From the NCBI GenBank assembly GCA_963532875.1, contig CAUSLO010000001.1, positions 17,867 to 81,866 on the forward strand: DNA of 64,000 bases, written 5' to 3'. Below are positions 62,984 through 64,000 of the stretch, in pieces. Numbering within the stretch: position 1 is the stretch's first letter; each line of letters begins with the position of its first letter. The position numbers and the translations under genes were made by a program. This DNA is from an uncultured Clostridia bacterium. GTDB taxonomy: Bacteria > Bacillota > Clostridia > Christensenellales > CAG-917. Under the pieces are notes generated by a model, which saw only the letters and a program-made list of their open reading frames with translations, searched no databases and had not been told where the DNA came from.

Positions 62984-64000
62984 ATGAGTGTAGGTAAAAT
63001 AATTAAAATTTCAGGACCATTAATCGTTGCAGAGGGAATGCAAGATTGTAAGATGTACGATGTTGTAGAGGTATCTAAGCAAAAATTAATTGGTGAAATA
63101 ATAGAATTAAGGGGAGACAAAGCATCAATTCAAGTATATGAAGATACAAGCATGATTGGATGCGGAGAAGATGTATATCCAACAGATGAACCTTTATCGG
63201 TAGAACTTGGACCAGGACTAATAGGGTCTATGTTTGATGGTATTCAAAGACCTTTAAAGAAAATGTTAGAAACATCGGGGGAAAGAATTGGTAGGGGTGT
63301 TCACGTTAATGCACTTGACAGAAAGGCTAAATATAAATTCAAAGCAAAGGCAAAGAAGGGAGATAAAGTAACTCCAGGATGCGTATTAGGTGAAGTTCAA
63401 GAGAACGAGTTGGTTGTTTGCAAGATTTTAGTGCCAAACGGAATTGAAGGAGAAATTACTGAAATCAAGGAAGGGGAATACACCGTAGACCAAACAATAG
63501 TAAAAATCAAAGATGATAAAAAGATTCATAACGTAACAATGATGCAAAAATGGCCTGTTCGTATTGGAAGACCATACAAACAAAAATTAACGCCAGACAC
63601 GCCTATGATAACTGGTCAAAGGGTTATAGATACATTCTTCCCAATCGCTAAAGGTGGTGTTGCTGCAGTACCTGGACCATTTGGAAGTGGAAAGACAATA
63701 GTTCAACATCAGTTAGCAAAATGGGCTGATGCTGACATAATCATATACATTGGATGTGGAGAGCGTGGTAATGAAATGACTGACGTTCTTAATGAATTTC
63801 CACAACTTATAGATCCAAAGAGTGGGCAACCATTAATGAAGAGAACTGTATTGATTGCAAATACTTCAGATATGCCAGTTGCTGCTAGAGAAGCATCAAT
63901 CTATACAGGTATTACAATTGCAGAATACTATAGAGACATGGGATATTCAGTTGCAATTATGGCTGACTCAACTTCAAGATGGGCAGAAGCATTAAGAGAA
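62984..64000 (+). CDS. ntpA: V-type ATPase catalytic subunit A (5' part, runs off the window)
   Basis: Not in the ORF track because there is no stop. ATG 62984 follows AAAGAGG, and the frame is open to 64000. [19 protein letters not shown]..., [21 protein letters not shown], Walker [10 protein letters not shown] at 63671-63697, then GCGERGNEM. Confidence 0.93.
   Translation, partial: MSVGKIIKISGPLIVAEGMQDCKMYDVVEVSKQKLIGEIIELRGDKASIQVYEDTSMIGCGEDVYPTDEPLSVELGPGLIGSMFDGIQRPLKKMLETSGERIGRGVHVNALDRKAKYKFKAKAKKGDKVTPGCVLGEVQENELVVCKILVPNGIEGEITEIKEGEYTVDQTIVKIKDDKKIHNVTMMQKWPVRIGRPYKQKLTPDTPMITGQRVIDTFFPIAKGGVAAVPGPFGSGKTIVQHQLAKWADADIIIYIGCGERGNEMTDVLNEFPQLIDPKSGQPLMKRTVLIANTSDMPVAAREASIYTGITIAEYYRDMGYSVAIMADSTSRWAEALRE

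Noticed and set aside
1-64000. Alternative genetic code (TGA=Trp, as in Mycoplasma/Spiroplasma), suggested by the Mollicutes-like lipoproteins.
   Set aside because: TGA ends conserved genes at the expected length (304-306, 12214-12216, 14654-14656 and the antiporter stop at 43054-43056). Trp is encoded by TGG throughout, and the giant ORFs contain no in-frame TGA. The standard code fits.
1-64000. A search for CRISPR arrays, tRNA/rRNA genes, IS elements, integrases and toxin-antitoxin or defence cassettes.
   Set aside because: The intergenic regions (5926-5998, 9734-9778, 12217-12591, 13036-13102, 15457-15558, 41941-42026, 44119-44245, 44432-44606, 48040-48114) are short. By eye they contain no spaced direct repeats, cloverleaf-capable sequence or terminal inverted repeats. 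Only the ORF6N remnant was found.

Overview
AT-rich (roughly one-third G+C by eye) bacterial chromosome segment read with the standard code: TGA ends several well-defined genes and Trp is TGG. The gene content and the lipoprotein leaders (lipobox Cys followed by Lys-rich tethers) suggest a low-GC Firmicutes/Mollicutes-related organism (Erysipelotrichia-, Acholeplasma- or RF39-like). I cannot place it more precisely. About two-thirds of the window encodes five exported proteins. These are two tandem transglutaminase-like lipoproteins, a 1,244-aa helical lipoprotein, an 8,793-aa lipoprotein from one uninterrupted 26.4-kb ORF (15559-41940), and a 3,240-aa signal-peptide/C-terminal-anchor protein with MBG-type repeats (48115-57837). 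The remaining genes are a FecCD-type ABC importer, a compact NifH-like gene with two nitrogenase-component-1-like genes, a decayed ORF6N pseudogene, dtd, a GH20 hexosaminidase with a PIG-L-type deacetylase, an AEC transporter, a CaCA antiporter, rpsU, GTP-dependent PEP carboxykinase, an acyl-CoA synthetase, rpiB and the start of a V-type ATPase operon. I found no rRNA, tRNA, CRISPR array or IS element by eye. Two candidates stand out as new biology. (1) The first ~6,000 aa of the giant lipoprotein are 13-14 very diverged copies of a ~350-aa module, interrupted by Tyr-rich islands and followed by a unique central segment and a C-terminal array of beta-sandwich-like units. (2) The nitrogenase-like three-gene cluster has a truncated Cys-bearing partner and a Cys-less partner, and lies downstream of, and co-directional with, a siderophore/haem/corrinoid-type importer. 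All functional calls come from motif reading by eye; no database search was possible.
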